From Chiloscyllium plagiosum (lineage: Eukaryota), in contig NC_057719.1 in assembly GCF_004010195.1 (NCBI RefSeq), positions 28,505,153 to 28,569,152 of the forward strand: a stretch of DNA of 64,000 nucleotides, read 5' to 3'. Below, piece after piece: positions 37,256 to 51,528 of the stretch (position 1 is the stretch's first letter; each line of letters begins with the position of its first letter). The position numbers were made by a program, and so were the translations under genes. Under the pieces are notes generated by a model. It searched no databases, was not told the origin of the DNA, and saw only the letters and a list, made by a program, of their open reading frames with translations.

Positions 37256-37870
37256 TACTGATGAAAATAGAACATATTATACATAATACCAGTCAAGTTA
37301 TTCAAAAAAGGTAATTGAGAGACTGACATGATAACTATGCTTGCTAAGATGAGCGAAATGTAGTCAAATATAGGCAAGACGAATAAGCCAAAACTTAGGG
37401 AGAAAAAAATCACTGGGATTCCTCAAAAAAAACCATGTAAAAATGTCACTCACAGAAGCATCAAAATTTGGTATATTCCTAGTTGGTGTAAGATTAGTTA
37501 ATTTTAGGCAGGGGTTATAAATTTATCCCAACATCTCTCAGACCTGAGAAGTATCTTTGCCAGAGTCCCCAGATCTTCAATTGTTGCTTCAAAATGCTGA
37601 GAGGACAAGCTGGAATTCTGCTGGTGAATAGTTATCAAAGAAATAATCAAGATTCCCAGTTCAAGTCTCAAAAGAAAGAAAGAGAGGCTGGCATCCAGCA
37701 TAAGCCATTTCCTTCAAAAGGAATTACTCTTCTTTTCAAAACAAAAACCCAAGCCAAGTGTAGGAATGGAGATTGATGCCAAGCCCAAAAATAGATTTTA
37801 AAATCTGTCCTCTCCAGTAGACTTTATATCAACACAATGCACATCAGAACGATAACACTGTTGCATACAC

Positions 37871-39840
37871 TTTATTTTACAATAATCCATATAATTAACC
37901 ACTGCAGTTTTCAAGTTTGATGATGGAATTTACACTAAGATTTGGAAATATTCAAAAAAGATTTAAAATACAGTTCAATAGCTTTCTGAAGGTAAATGAC
38001 AGATTTAACAAACAACCTGATTTATTAACAGAATATCAAAGTGCTTTAAAACAGAATCCTGGAGAAAACAAGATTGATTTGACATGTATTAACAGAACTG
38101 AAGGGTCAACATCTACAAAAAGTATGATTTAAAGAAAAAAAAAACAACAGGATTATTGCAATGCTTTGGGAATTCAGAGCAAATGACTTCTCCCCCCACC
38201 CCCACAGTGGAATTCAAAAGAAAAAATGTAAGAACAAGACACTTTCAGGAACCAAAGAGAAAATAGGCAATACATAAGTTATTTTGTTGTACAAAAGTCA
38301 AAAGATAATTGAAAATAGTAGTGCAAGATTTCACAATAAATATTTTCCAGAAAATGTAAACAAATATTTATCTTTTAATATAAAATGGAAAAACTAATGT
38401 AAAAAGATACTTTCAATGCTGAACATAAATTAGACATTCAGTAAAACATAATAGGCTACAATATGCAACCAGTATTTAAAAAAACCAACTGTTAAAGAGG
38501 TTATCAAGATCAAAAAGCAAGATGGATTTCAATTTTTAAAATGGCAAATTTACTTTAGTGCAAAAACTTGGGAAGCAAGTGTGTGGCTAGTACAAAGTAA
38601 TAAACAAAAAAACTTGACTAAAGCTCAGAACAAAAATATTAGTTACACTAGTGAATAAAAGTAGCACTTCAGCAGTCAACGACATTTTTATGTGCAGCCT
38701 AATCTGGCTGAATGCATAAACAACATTAATCTAACTGAGTGACAGCCTTTGATCATTCAAAGTCCAAGTGTTAACTGCCAAGAAGAAATGACTTCAAAAA
38801 CATTTAAACAAAGTCACTTATTAAAAAACAGTTTACTTAGAACCTCAAGACAAATGTTAACCATATCACCCATCAGTTAAAACATTAAACTGTTAATCAA
38901 GGGAAGAATTTTCTAAATGGACTATTAAAGCCACATTAGTAATTTGCATCATTATATAATGTTAATGTGAAGTTAGGCAAGAGTGCAGCACTTTAAAAGA
39001 CTTCTGTATTTTGATTTATTACTCACTGGTTCAAGACAAAAAAAACGTTTGGTGTCAAAATTGATCAGAACTCATTCTCTCCCTTAGTATTCCATTAATA
39101 TAACTTTAATTAAACAAATTTAAAAGCAGAAAAAATGGCCTTTAACCCATATTTACTAGTACAAGGTCAAGATGATGTTGAGCATTATTTTAACAGGTAC
39201 ACAAGGAATCAAATGCACAACTCAAAATGCAAAATATATCTATAGGTGATAACTTAGGTTTATTCCTTAACCCAAAGTATGCAATAATACTGTTTGACTT
39301 TTGTCTGAACAAATTTAACGTCACCTTATGTGCACATTTATCAATAAAGATTAGTATTAAATATTTAATTTCAACTGACCATTTTGGATTACGTGAAAAC
39401 AATATAAAACTTACCATAAATCACTAATATTTATACTGCAATTTAATTAAAACATTGTACCAGTCACTGAAATTGAGTTTTATCAGTTTACAATGTTAGA
39501 GATTTGCCTTTTGGTAGAAGTTTCTCCATGGTAATATGGCTTCACATCAGTTGATTTCTTTCCCACCCTAACCCAATTGAGAATAATTACTCAACATAAG
39601 CAAAGCATAGCATTAATTTTGATCCTGCACAAATCTGAATGCCCAGTCGCAAGTTTTATTTTCATTTCCATTGAGATTCAAAGGACCTGATCCCACTTCG
39701 AACAAAAGGTAATTTCACTTGTCATCATATTGCCAGTAAGTCAGGAGAAAAAATACACATTTGCAAAGTTGATTTCACTGTTCAACTGATGACTTCCTGA
39801 GTTGTGTGATTTCACTTTGTGCAAATTCCATTGATTAGGC
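37871..39840 (-). other. SLC38A6: Probable SLC38A6 3' UTR with alternative poly(A) signals
   Basis: AT-rich and apparently TE-free for 2 kb after the stop. AATAAA on the minus strand at 39655-39660, 39015-39020, 38021-38026 and 37871-37876; the last is followed by a GT-rich tract. Confidence 0.55.
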
Positions 39841-39927
39841 TCAATTTTCATTGTGCAGCCAGGTTATAATGATAACAAGCAAACTAACAGCCCCAATGAG
39901 AATGCCTAGAATAATCAATCCTAGAGC
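39841..39927 (-). CDS. SLC38A6: SLC38A6 last coding exon
   Basis: tttcaccag| then ALGLIILGILIGAVSLLVIIITWLHNEN* (TGA at 39841-39843); final transmembrane helix. Confidence 0.95.
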   Translation of the reverse strand, partial: ALGLIILGILIGAVSLLVIIITWLHNEN

Positions 39928-40516
39928 CTGGTGAAACAAAAGAAAAATGAACAAACAAAAGGAAAGAAAATACAAAAACATTTCTACACAATCCTTATTT
40001 CATTTTAAAATTCAGCAGCCTCGAGATCACTAAACTGATCAGTAGTGGCGTACAAACCAAGTGTCAGCTTGGAATTACTTTATTATATAGATGTTGATAT
40101 ATGGCTTTGAATTGGGTTAGTGCTTTGCTAAATGTGCAAAGGGATATGTTGAAACCATATGCCTAGGGATAGGATACATGGTCCAATAAGAGTTATGCAG
40201 GTAATCAAATGTGTATGCATCCTCCATTTCCTTTAAAATATGAAATGCACACGCCTGTGCAGTGTCACTTTGGGTTTGAGCTACAAAAATTAAAGCCCCC
40301 TGCTACCACTTGGTACATTGGAATACAGGAAAGTAGCATTGACAAGATTGATGGCAGCACTGATTAGTGTCCTTCACTCAAGGCTGGTTAGCCTAATAAA
40401 AAGGACAGAATAATAGAAAGGAGAATAAAGCAATACATCATTCAAAGAAGGACTGGTGTGTTTGATGTTTCCACATGGCTATAGTAATTTCAATCTGTTG
40501 AGGTCCATGCCTGGTA

Positions 40517-40854
40517 CAGGTAGACAACCCTTTATCTGAAATCCCAAATTCCAAAATCTGAAGGTTTTTAAAAAGTTTTTTAATCTCATTAATAAGGTTG
40601 TTTGGTGTGCAACAGTTAACCCAACTCCAGACCCACTCGATGCGGGTCACTCAGATGTGACGTGAAGGGGTGAGGCCCAGCACCGGCAGGCCTCAATTCT
40701 ATCTCAGGGATTGTTACTCACATGGGAGTCTGCTGTCCGGTAAAAGTTTTTAAAAAAATTTCACCGTTGAACTGTCACTTATTACAGAATTCAAAGCATT
40801 CTGAATTCCGAAAACCAGCTGGTCAAGCGTTTCGGTTAAAGGATTGTGTACCTG
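40517..40854. mobile_element. Tigger/pogo-like MITE (Tc1/mariner superfamily) in an SLC38A6 intron
   Basis: Imperfect 25-bp TIRs CAGGTAGACAACCCTTTATCTGAAA / TTTCGGTTAAAGGATTGTGTACCTG, flanked by TA on both sides. Confidence 0.82.
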
Positions 40855-41235
40855 TATTTAGAATGCCTTTGTTACATAGGTCAAAAAAGAAAGGATAATA
40901 TGGATTATTCTAACCATATTTACTTAACTTGAAAGGATACAAGTACTTGTGGCAGGAAGGACTGTTGTTAAACTGATTAAACATTTGAAAATATGATCAA
41001 TGTGATAAATTACTGAAAATAGAATGGAGTAAGGATGTGTGCTAACAATAATGGACAAAAACAGTTTAAATTCAACAGATGCCAGCATCAAAAAAAAAGG
41101 AACTCCAACACTCTACCGGCCATTGGTAATAAAGCAGAGTGGAATATCTATCACCTTATGATAAAAAGAAATCCAGGATTTTACCAGAAACCATTACACA
41201 GTTTTCAGTGTAAAGTTAGATATTTCAAAACTCAC

Positions 41236-41330
41236 CTTAAGCTTCCTTGAAGATTTTAAAGATTCTCTGCTTATTTGCAAGTAAAAGAGTCCAGGGTAGA
41301 TAAATAGTAAAGCAGTTGAAGTTGTAGAAC
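41236..41330 (-). CDS. SLC38A6: SLC38A6 coding exon
   Basis: ttcctcag| ... aag|gtgagt; 95 bp. Encodes (G)STTSTALLFIYPGLFYLQISRESLKSSRKLK. Confidence 0.96.
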
Positions 41331-42364
41331 CTGAGGAAAAGGAGAGAATTTTAAATCATAAAATGATACAAATTAATCTGTACATAGCATTTTGCATATG
41401 CTATATTTTGCAATCATAAAGGCAAAACAAATGAATTGTGTATGCAATTTTGATTTTTACACAGAATTGTGAAGAACATGCTGTGGAGCAGACCAATGGT
41501 CTGAATGATTTATGCACATAATTTACATTTCACACTAGGTCTTCTCCTTCAGAATGTCATCTAACCATATCAGCATTACTTTGTATTCATTTCCTTGTGT
41601 TGATCTACTTTCCTCTCAAAAACATCCTAACTGCTTAATGTCCAAGACATGAGCCAAAATATCCATATTTTGAGGGAAAAAAAAATGGAGGGGATGGGAC
41701 AAGAAAAGAAACAAAGTTGTAATTGATTAGGAAAAGATTAGATACACTGGAGTACTCACCTTTGGATCGAGGTTAACAGGAGATTCAATTGCTTTGCACA
41801 AGATGAACAGCCCACACAGATAGGAAGGTCACTAACTAGAGACTCCGATTCATAATTATTGACAAAGCTAACTTAGATGGAGTGGGCTGGGGGGTGGTGA
41901 AGGAATGAGAAAGCAAGTTCAGATTTCTTTTTCCTACACTAAACTACCTTATGGCAGCTTTAAAATGTGAAATCAGAAGGATAAGGATAATGCTCAACAC
42001 TGGAACACAAATAGAAACTTCAGTGTTCATTTAACTAGGAAATGTACTCTTTAGCCTTTCTGGTCATTAACCTAATGCCTCATCCTTCATGAGTTGCTTA
42101 TAATTGGGGGAGATGAAAGCATAAACCAGATTAATGCTGGTCTTAAAATGATTCTTACTTGTACTACAACAGCCTTGACATTCATCATTTACATTTAAAA
42201 TCACAAGTTCTCCAAAGCCTTTTACTGCCATGTTACAATTCATACTTTATTTATTTAGGAGGCTAGAAATGCTAAATTGTTTTTATTTTTCCCAGATTCT
42301 ACTTGTATAGTGTTTGTAATTTACTTTCAGATTGATTAAAGACCAAAATAATAAAACAACTTAC

Positions 42365-42509
42365 CAACTACACCAAAGATATTTTGAATATTTGGCACAT
42401 AGATTGCCAATAACACAATCACTGTCTGAATAACAAGTGTGACAAGTATATGACACAACCATGAGAAGGGGCAGCTTGAACAAAATAGCAGCATAAAAGA
42501 TTTCCTTGC
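42365..42509 (-). CDS. SLC38A6: SLC38A6 coding exon
   Basis: ttcctgcag| ... |gtaagt; 145 bp. Encodes ARKSFMLLFCSSCPFSWLCHILVTLVIQTVIVLLAIYVPNIQNIFGVV. Confidence 0.97.
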
Positions 42510-43019
42510 CTGCAGGAAAAAAAAATGTATCAATGATAAGGATATGCTCTTAGAATCTGACTCAAGCCAAATGTTAAACGGGGTCAATGAAGTATTAAGT
42601 GCTTCTTGGTGGTGGAGCTCAAAACACCAAATGTAACAGATGATGGTTTCATTATACAAGACTAATAAAACATTTTAAAAAACAAATTTGAATTTTTTTC
42701 AAATTTAGTACATATTTCCAGGCTCTGCAGAAAAACCATATTTATAGTAAACCTTAAAATTAATACTGTTATAGCTGCATTTATTAAAAACATATTACAT
42801 TAAAACTAAATCTCAAGCCATGACGGATTAGTCAGATATCTCTATTCTTACTTCAGGTGAATGTCCTGATCCTTTTATAGCTTAGATAGTTTGGTCATTG
42901 CTTCAATACAAAAAAGAAATTTATATAATGCATGATCAACACAATATCAAATAATCATTTGACAGTACAGAAACAGTAGTAATGTAAAAAGAGAAATTTT
43001 GTCAATGATTGTTATATTC

Positions 43020-44350
43020 CTGCACATGTCCTGATGAGTACAAGACAAAGGGGAAAACATTTTATAATTATCTGAGAATAGTGCGTTTTGATTGGTTGAT
43101 AACTGAATTCTGGTAGAAGGCATTGCCTGGAAATGCAGTTAGATGACCACAACTTAATAATCAAGTTTTGCTTAAAAATTTAAACCAGATAAGTTGACTG
43201 ATTGGGTGATTCCTTTGGTTGAAGCATTACCAGAGGGTGGCTGCACCTATTTTGCTGAATTGAAATAGACAATGGTCGTACATGTTTTGTCTGAAAGAAT
43301 GGAGGCCCATGTATCAATATATAAATTCAGTACACAATGCACTTTACTATAAGCCACTACTCATTCTTAAATTGGTTGTAGTATAATTCTTAGAACATTC
43401 AGGATAACAAACACTATCCAAATCACGTTGTCCAAACAATCATTTAAAATGCTGGATGTTGCTTGGAGTTTTGCAAGCGAATGCTGGCTGGATACTGATA
43501 GTATCTTATTGCTTGTGAACAGCCCAAAAGAAAAATGCCATTCAATACAATCTGCTAGTCTTTGCAACAACTTTTATATAGCTAGCATCACTCCAGCATG
43601 GAAATTCACATACCGCATTATTCAGAGACTGACAGAACACCCTGTGGGTGGACAGCACCATCCTGTTAGGGGCAAACATCAATTGTGTTGCTGCTGAAAG
43701 CAGCAGTATGAAACAGCTAGCTTCACCAATCATCCCTGTGAGAAACCTCAAAATTCCATGATAATCACAGGAAGGCACTTTTCAGGACTGAAGGGGTAGC
43801 CTTGGGCCCATTTGAGAGTTTTCACAATACAGCAAAAATAAATGATCTACCTTCATTTCTCAGTATAGTTTCTGATAAGACCAATCTTATAGTAAGTGGC
43901 ATTACACAAATCCAATTAACTTTGCCAATTTTGGTGCACTTCTATCCCACAAATAGTGGGAAGTGGAATTTGCCCAGTTGGAGCTTTGCTCTCAGCTATC
44001 ATACTACAAAGCACTAAACGATGCTAAATCCTTTAAAGTGCACTTAAATGATCGAGCACAGATATACCTAGCATCCTATCAAATTTTCATATGCAACATG
44101 GCGACGTTGAAGGCCTCAAGACTAACCTGAACATACAGATCTGTAAACCTGATAAAAGGAACATTCATGAACAGACATGACTATCAAATGTAAACCATCC
44201 TTACTAGGTCCAATTCGTTTCCATTGGTTTTGTGGCTCAGCACCTGACAGCCTTGCTGAAAACTAAAACGTGAAAGCACGGCTCATAATATCACAATTGC
44301 TCTTACACAAAAGTTCATAGTCAGTATGCACTGCTTACCATTGTAGTTTT
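43020..44350 (-). mobile_element. Old Penelope remnant (GIY-YIG region)
   Basis: NNAVCEFPCWSDASYI...LQRLADCIEWH resembles the PLE NVVYEFxCxCxAxYIGxTxQRLxxRIxQH motif. Confidence 0.55.
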
Positions 44351-44519
44351 TATTTAGATTACAATGCCCAGTCTATGATGGCCGGTTTCCTGGTCAGCTC
44401 CTCAAAAATCGATTTAAAAAAAACATTCCGTACACATTTCAGGAATTGCTCCTCTATGCTCTACCCATAGAGATTCCGCTTCAGTAGAACAACCTTCACT
44501 ACTGCATTAAATTTCACTT

Positions 44520-44737
44520 CAGATGGGAGAAAGGCGAGGATTGCAGATGCTGGAGATCAGAGTCAAAGAATATGGTGCTGGAAAAGCACAGCTGGTCAGG
44601 CAGCATCTGAGGAGCTGGGGAGTCGAAATGTAGACTCTTCAGCCCCTCGGATGCTGCCTGACCAGCTATGCTTTTCCAGCATCATCCTCTTCGACTCTGA
44701 TCTCCAGCATCTGCAATCCTCACCTTTCTCCCATCTG
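44520..44737. mobile_element. Penelope-derived full palindrome in an SLC38A6 intron
   Basis: Inverted arms of ~105 bp, CAGATGGGAGAAAGG... / ...CCTTTCTCCCATCTG. Confidence 0.85.
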
Positions 44738-45059
44738 GACCCAATGTTTCAATCAGTAATAATAACTGAACTGATGAACTAACTTGTACATTTAATTTAG
44801 AGACATCACATATTCCCAAATAGATGGCAAACATCATGGGATCCCCTTGTGGCCAGATCTCAATAGTCTTTGCTGGGATCCATGAGGAACATTCCTTTGG
44901 TGGGATGACTCCTAGCCTCCAAACCCTTGTGTACTTTAAATAATTGGAATGTTTGCAGTTTGAATCCCATTGAGGCATGTAAGCAAATTCTTAAATGCAA
45001 ATACAAACATAGCACTCAAATTTAGTCTTGTATTGAAGCAGTTAAATGAGCACCCATCC

Positions 45060-45865
45060 CTTGATGGGAGAGTTGAAAACTCTGGCAGATTTTAACTACT
45101 GCAAACATACCTATACTGGGCAACAGGTATTGTATTTGGAACTGTCCAAAACCCAAGATTAGTTTTATTGGCAACATTATGAACAGGACATTTGCTCACA
45201 GTACATGCTCAAATAGGGTGGATCAAAAAACTTTCCTTGTAAGATAATGACCATCCTAATCAGATTGCTTCCTCTGTATATAAATTGGACAAACCCGAAT
45301 GGGCCTAAATCTGCCATTTCAAATCTTGAAAAGTGCCCAGCCCTACCTCAGATTAGCTGCATGAGCAAGGTACCTCAAAATGTTTATGCAACAGGCAAAG
45401 CTAGCTGTTCCACATTGCTACCATTTGAAGTAGTACATTATTTACTACTAACAGGATGGCATCAGAAAAGCCAAAAATACGTCTGTCATGCCGATAAAAA
45501 CGTGGTATGTGACTTTCAGTGCTGGTATTCTGCTGGATATTGGGGTAGACATGTAGGCTGTACATCCCAAAAAGACTTGTAGATTTTTAAAAAACATTCC
45601 CTAACTTTTCTGAACAGGCAAGGTACTGACTTTACACACCCAGCCTGTACTTGCAAAATGCAAGTGCTCAACAGTAGATGATTTTCTGCAAATGGACAAT
45701 ATTTGTTAAATAATCTAACTGAATTCCTGTGCTAAGAATTATACAGCGAACAATTTAAAAAAGATCGCTAATTAGGCATTCAATCTGGACACATGTATAA
45801 AGCTTCATTAACACACAAGACTGTTCTTCACCGACAGAAGATGTACACGCAATGAACCTATTATT
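45060..45865 (+). mobile_element. Old Penelope remnant (GIY-YIG region)
   Basis: EKCPALPQI...KNVVCDFQCWY...RHVGCTSQ in ORF 45247-45582. Confidence 0.55.
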
Positions 45866-46791
45866 TCAAAGTAATTAAAAAAAAATAACAACAAAAAAAA
45901 AAATCAGTGACAGCCACCTTTTGGCTCATTTTCCAAAAGGCAGTTATAATCTAGTGTATTCTTCATGGTGATGCACCTAAACAGAATCCACTTGTCAACT
46001 AACCCACATTCTCTACTCTTACAAATTGCTTTTGTTTACATTGTAATTCTTGCTCATGTCTTGATTGCAAGATGAAAAACTTCAATTACATAACTTTTTA
46101 GTATTGGAGAAAAAAGCCATGCCTTATTTTGAAAGATACATTCGCATTATTAATTACAAATTAGATGCTTTTCTCAAGAGGTTTACAAACTTTGTTGACC
46201 TCCCCTCGAGTTTAAAATACTGTGCAAGATACAAATCCTGTTTTTATTTCCACTTTTCTCAAAGCTATCTTTCCAGAGGTATGACATTTGTTATTTGGGC
46301 CTCTTCTCACTACAATAGCTTGATACTCAAACTGTTCAAGCACAGCATGAGGTAGATTCCCTCTGTAATGATCAATAGGTGGTTTGCTCAAGTTGTAATT
46401 TCCAAGTTGACTAAAATCTCTTATATCTCTCCTACCACAGCACAAAAACATCAACACTTCCGGGAACTCCAAACCTAAATACCATCAGAGCAAACTTTGT
46501 TTTTTGTTTTAATGATTTGATCTGCACAACAAGTCTCAGGTTGCTTTTAATTTTGTGCACCAAAATAAAGTAAGACTATGACTGACGAAAGGACACTGCT
46601 GTTAATTCAGGGACCAGTGTTCAATTTGTCTAATGATAAGGATCAAATGAATAAAGCAGAGGTGCAAGGATATCCCATTAAATGTCATGCATTTAGGATA
46701 AGAGTATGACAAAGCTACTAACAAAGACTATGGAAGCGATGAATATTTTAAAGTCAAGTTTGATAGACTGAACAGTCTTGAGCCATATTTA

Positions 46792-47218
<427 letters not shown>

Positions 47219-47748
47219 TCACTTATGTCTGAAACCAGGTTTGCAAAGCTCTCAATTAGAAGTGTTAAATTTGCATATACAAGCTAAAATATTGAAGAAA
47301 ATTACACTTATATGTTTATCCTAACTAATGGCAGGTATTTGGGAATGAAAATGATTCTTGGTTATCCAACACTAAGTACTTCTGGGTAAAGCTGTGTTTT
47401 ACCTTGCCACTATCACAGCATCAAATGACTCAAGTCAGCAGACTTTGATAATTTATTCTGGAGTTCCAAAGCACCTTTCACAAACTGACTAGCAAACATG
47501 AGTAAATTATCTAATTGCTTACCTTTCTTCAATAGAGAAACAGGGATGTGTGAAATCACTGAAGTTGTGAAAGAGCAGGATTGGATATTCAGCATAATTA
47601 ATTTAAGCCTTTGAACACTTCATGACTGAACATTGATTTGATACTAATTTCAACAATCTAAGGACAGAATTTTAGACTGCTTCCCAAGTTGAAAAGTGAT
47701 GCATAGTCAATTGGATACTTAAGAGATATGATGCTTGCAAAAAACTTA

Positions 47749-47847
<99 letters not shown>

Positions 47848-48648
47848 CTACGGGATGAAGAAAAATTGCAGTGTTAAAATACATTTATGGATAAAATTGG
47901 ACTTAATGCGCATGACAATGATTTAAGGTGATCAGAGTCATCATTAACAGCTTTATCAAGTGATACGTGCTCAGCAATAACATGTTCACTAAGAGTGTGT
48001 TTGATTTTTGTCAAGACTATTGACTTCAAAATTTGACTCAAGCAAGGACAAAGCATTGAATTGCAGAGGGAGGTCACAAGTGACTACCTTTAACATTAAG
48101 GCAGCATTTAACTGAGTGTGGCATTAAGGAACCCTCATGTAAGCCTGATGTTAACTGGGATCAACCATATCATTTGTACTGAAGCATAAAGTGCTGACAG
48201 CAGTTTTGTTATTCAGGATACAATGATTTTAAGAGGGGCCCCACAGTACAAGTTACCATTCCTTTTCAGAAAGCCTAGTTCAGAGATTTCATGCCATAAC
48301 ATGAAGGGTCATGATGTTAAGTGAATATGTCTATCAGTGGTTAATAAACAGGCACATTCATTCACAGGAAATTGCTTCTTGCCTTTTAGTTCAGATTTTA
48401 AAAATGTTACCTGCACCTATAAAACAATGGCTTAGTTTAAAAAGAAAACAGCAAAATTAAAATTGGATCCCATATGCAAGTTACATATTGCAAGTGAATA
48501 AAGCACTAGATTCACATTTAATGTTCAGCAAAACTGAACTGCCAGATATTTAAAATTGCAACTTTTCTTGGAAAGTTAATGGATTATAAATTGTATAATG
48601 AGAATACAAACAAACCGTTCTTGCAGACCAAGTAACTAGAGTACAAAC

Positions 48649-48696
48649 CTTGGATGAAATTTGTAGAAGCTTTGGTTTACATTCAGAACTAAAGTT
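48649..48696 (-). CDS. SLC38A6: SLC38A6 coding exon
   Basis: Long pyrimidine tract, tttag| ... aag|gtttgt; 48 bp. Encodes NFSSECKPKLLQISSK (CKPKL motif). Confidence 0.93.
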
Positions 48697-50859
48697 CTAA
48701 ACAAGAAAAAGAAAAAAAAACACTTTACAGTCTAACAAGACCCTTAAAATAATGTCTAATTTTTCACTCTGGAATATAGTGTACAATGATTATCTTGCAC
48801 ATGTACTTGAAATCAACTAAATATATATCTCCTCCACCTCCCACACACCAAGAAATAATTCACACTGAGGGGGGGGGGGAGGAAGTGCTATGTACTTGGA
48901 TATGGACAATAAAAAACCTACCATTTGCGATGTGCAAGAGTAGGATAAACATAAAAAAGTTTGATATCCACATATCCTCATCTAATATGTCATAAGAAAG
49001 TAGATTAGGAGCAAGCCTAGGGACGGAATCTAGTAGCTATTTAGGGAATGGAGAAATTTCACTGTTGGACATTCCAGAAAGCAATAATAAAAAAAAGTTT
49101 AAAACTGCAACAATTCTATTCATCTGTGTTTAAAGGTAGCATGTTTGCAATTCAATTAAAGTAGGTACTGTTCATGACATTAACATATTCCATTTTAAGC
49201 TTTCATACACTGAAATTGCTTCATGTGAAAATAATCTTAACCTTTAAGTTCAAGGAAGAGTCATACTGGACTTAAATCATTCTCAGTTTTTCTTCGACAG
49301 ATGCTGCCATACATGTCGAGTTTCTCCAGCAGTAACACGGGTCTCAAACTAACCAGATTTGGGACCTTAAGTGAAAAGTTTGGACAATGAGTGAGAGTTC
49401 AGTACTAATTACTCAATCCGCAATCTGAGGCAACTGGATAACCTAGTGGCAGAAATTTAAACAGGTATTACACTGACGCAAGACAGTTAATGAGGCAGAT
49501 TAGAAGGCAGTTAACTAAAAACAGAAATACACTGACTGAAAAAGTGATGTCAATGCTAGGTGAAGTTGGAAATGGAAAGTATTCATTTCTAATAATAACA
49601 ACATTTTAAAAATAGAACAGCAAAAAAAAAATTAAAGTTCTTTAAAAAATCGGATTCTTAAATATATTGTTTTGGAGGCCTTCATCCCATACATGGAAAA
49701 AATCTAGAGCCACTTGAGAACATAACATGGAACTAGAGATTCCTTGTGCCACAGTAGCCTCCAAAGACACTGCAAGGCAACCACCCTTCTCCCCATTCAT
49801 TCATTTTCATGCCACATTATGCAAAGGCATATACAGGCTGCCCAATTCAAGTGATTTTGCTTTATACCCATCATGACTTGTCCACAGATAACACAAACCA
49901 GTCAAACAGTTTAGTAAATTGTTACAACTAAGTCAGTGCAAAGTTTCTACTTATCCGTTGATGGATTCATTAATTTGTGAAAGCCATACATGAATTGTAT
50001 ATCAATAGCAAAACAGCATCCAGACTATCATTTAACATTGCTGGTCTGTTCACTAATGTACAACAGGAAATCAGACATCTATACTGCTACATCATGGTAA
50101 TATAAACTTTCCAACATTTCTGTGAATAAGGAATCACACAAACTCAGCAACTTATGCAGTCAAGTTCAGTTTTAACAACATTATGTCTGCCCAAATAGAG
50201 GATATCACCATAGGATCACACCAAACCCAGGACTTGAAAAATATCCTCACTGGATTCTGAGCGACGTGCCTCCACCAATCAGAATCCATTCAATGAGCAC
50301 TCTTCTTTCAGAGTACAAAATGCTATTTTCTTCCCCTTAAACAATTCATCATAACAAGTTTTTATTTTGTCTTGCACTTTAGAGCATTGCTGAAAACAAA
50401 CTCTGAATTATCAATGGCAATTTTAATCCTTGAACTTCTGTACTGGTTTATTAAAACCTTCCTTTATGTAATGCATTTAGATGATATTTCAACCTCAAAA
50501 CAGGGTAAGTGTGGCACAGTTAAGGCCTGGAATCAGTGATAATTATCACAATAACAGAACTGAAGGAAGCCATTGGATTGTACTCATGCCCATGCTTTGA
50601 AAGAGGTGTCCAATTAATCCTATCCCTTGCTCACTCCCTCCCTTATCCTGCAATTTGTTTTCATTCAAGTCTGTTTACTTTTCAATTAAATCTGCTTCCA
50701 CAACAGTTAAAGCAATACCATGTCTGATCAAATTAAACTTAGTTATGAGTGAGCGGTCATTTCTTCAACATAACTTTCAGTAGAGCCTCATATTAAACAA
50801 ACAGCAAGAAATCATTCTAATCTCCTTAACCATCACAGCAATATCAAAAGGTGTCTTAC

Positions 50860-50922
50860 CTGAAAGTAATTGACAGTGCCATTAGACAGCGGGCAAGGAA
50901 CGAACCATTTTTTAACCACAAC
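50860..50922 (-). CDS. SLC38A6: SLC38A6 coding exon
   Basis: ctgcag| ... cag|gtaaga; 63 bp. Encodes VVVKKWFVPCPLSNGTVNYFQ (KKW..PCPL motif, NGT sequon). Confidence 0.95.
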
Positions 50923-51404
50923 CTGCAGAAGTCAATTCATGTTAAATTTAAAAAACACCCAAATGCAAATAATGGGATAAAGAATCACAACAAGTATTGG
51001 CATTTAAGAGGTTTCAATAGGCATAGCTTTTAAAGTAGCCTATGTTGCAATTAAATTAGGTTGCAGAAGTTTCTAAATTGCAGAAGTTTTTGACTTGACA
51101 GCAATAATGATTAAGAAAGCCTTGAACAAGGAGAGAGGGGTATGTGAATCAAGAGAGAATGGTATGGTGCAGAGATAAGGCTATCGAAACGGTTTAATTG
51201 TCACTAACACTATAGCACATACATGCATATTAGTGCATTATTAAGTGAAGGGAAAAACAAAAAAAAACTTTAAAACTTTTACCATAATTCAAATTTTCCA
51301 TAGCTTTCACCCCAGTTACCCATTTTAAAGTTCACCCATTTTTTTTTTCTTTCTTGTAAAGAAAGATCATGCGAGACAAGGGGCTAGATATCTACAGCTT
51401 CCAG

Positions 51405-51528
51405 GAGAAAGTGAGGACTGCAGATGCTGGAGATCAGAGCTGAAAATGTGTTGCTGGAAAAGCGCAGGTCAGGCAGCATCCTTGGATGCTGCCTGACCTG
51501 CTGCGCTTTTCCAGCAACACATTTTCAG
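51405..51528. mobile_element. Short Penelope-derived fold-back element with 15-bp TSD
   Basis: Hairpin centred near 51482; TSD ATCTACASCTTCCAG at 51390-51404 / 51529-51543. Confidence 0.85.
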
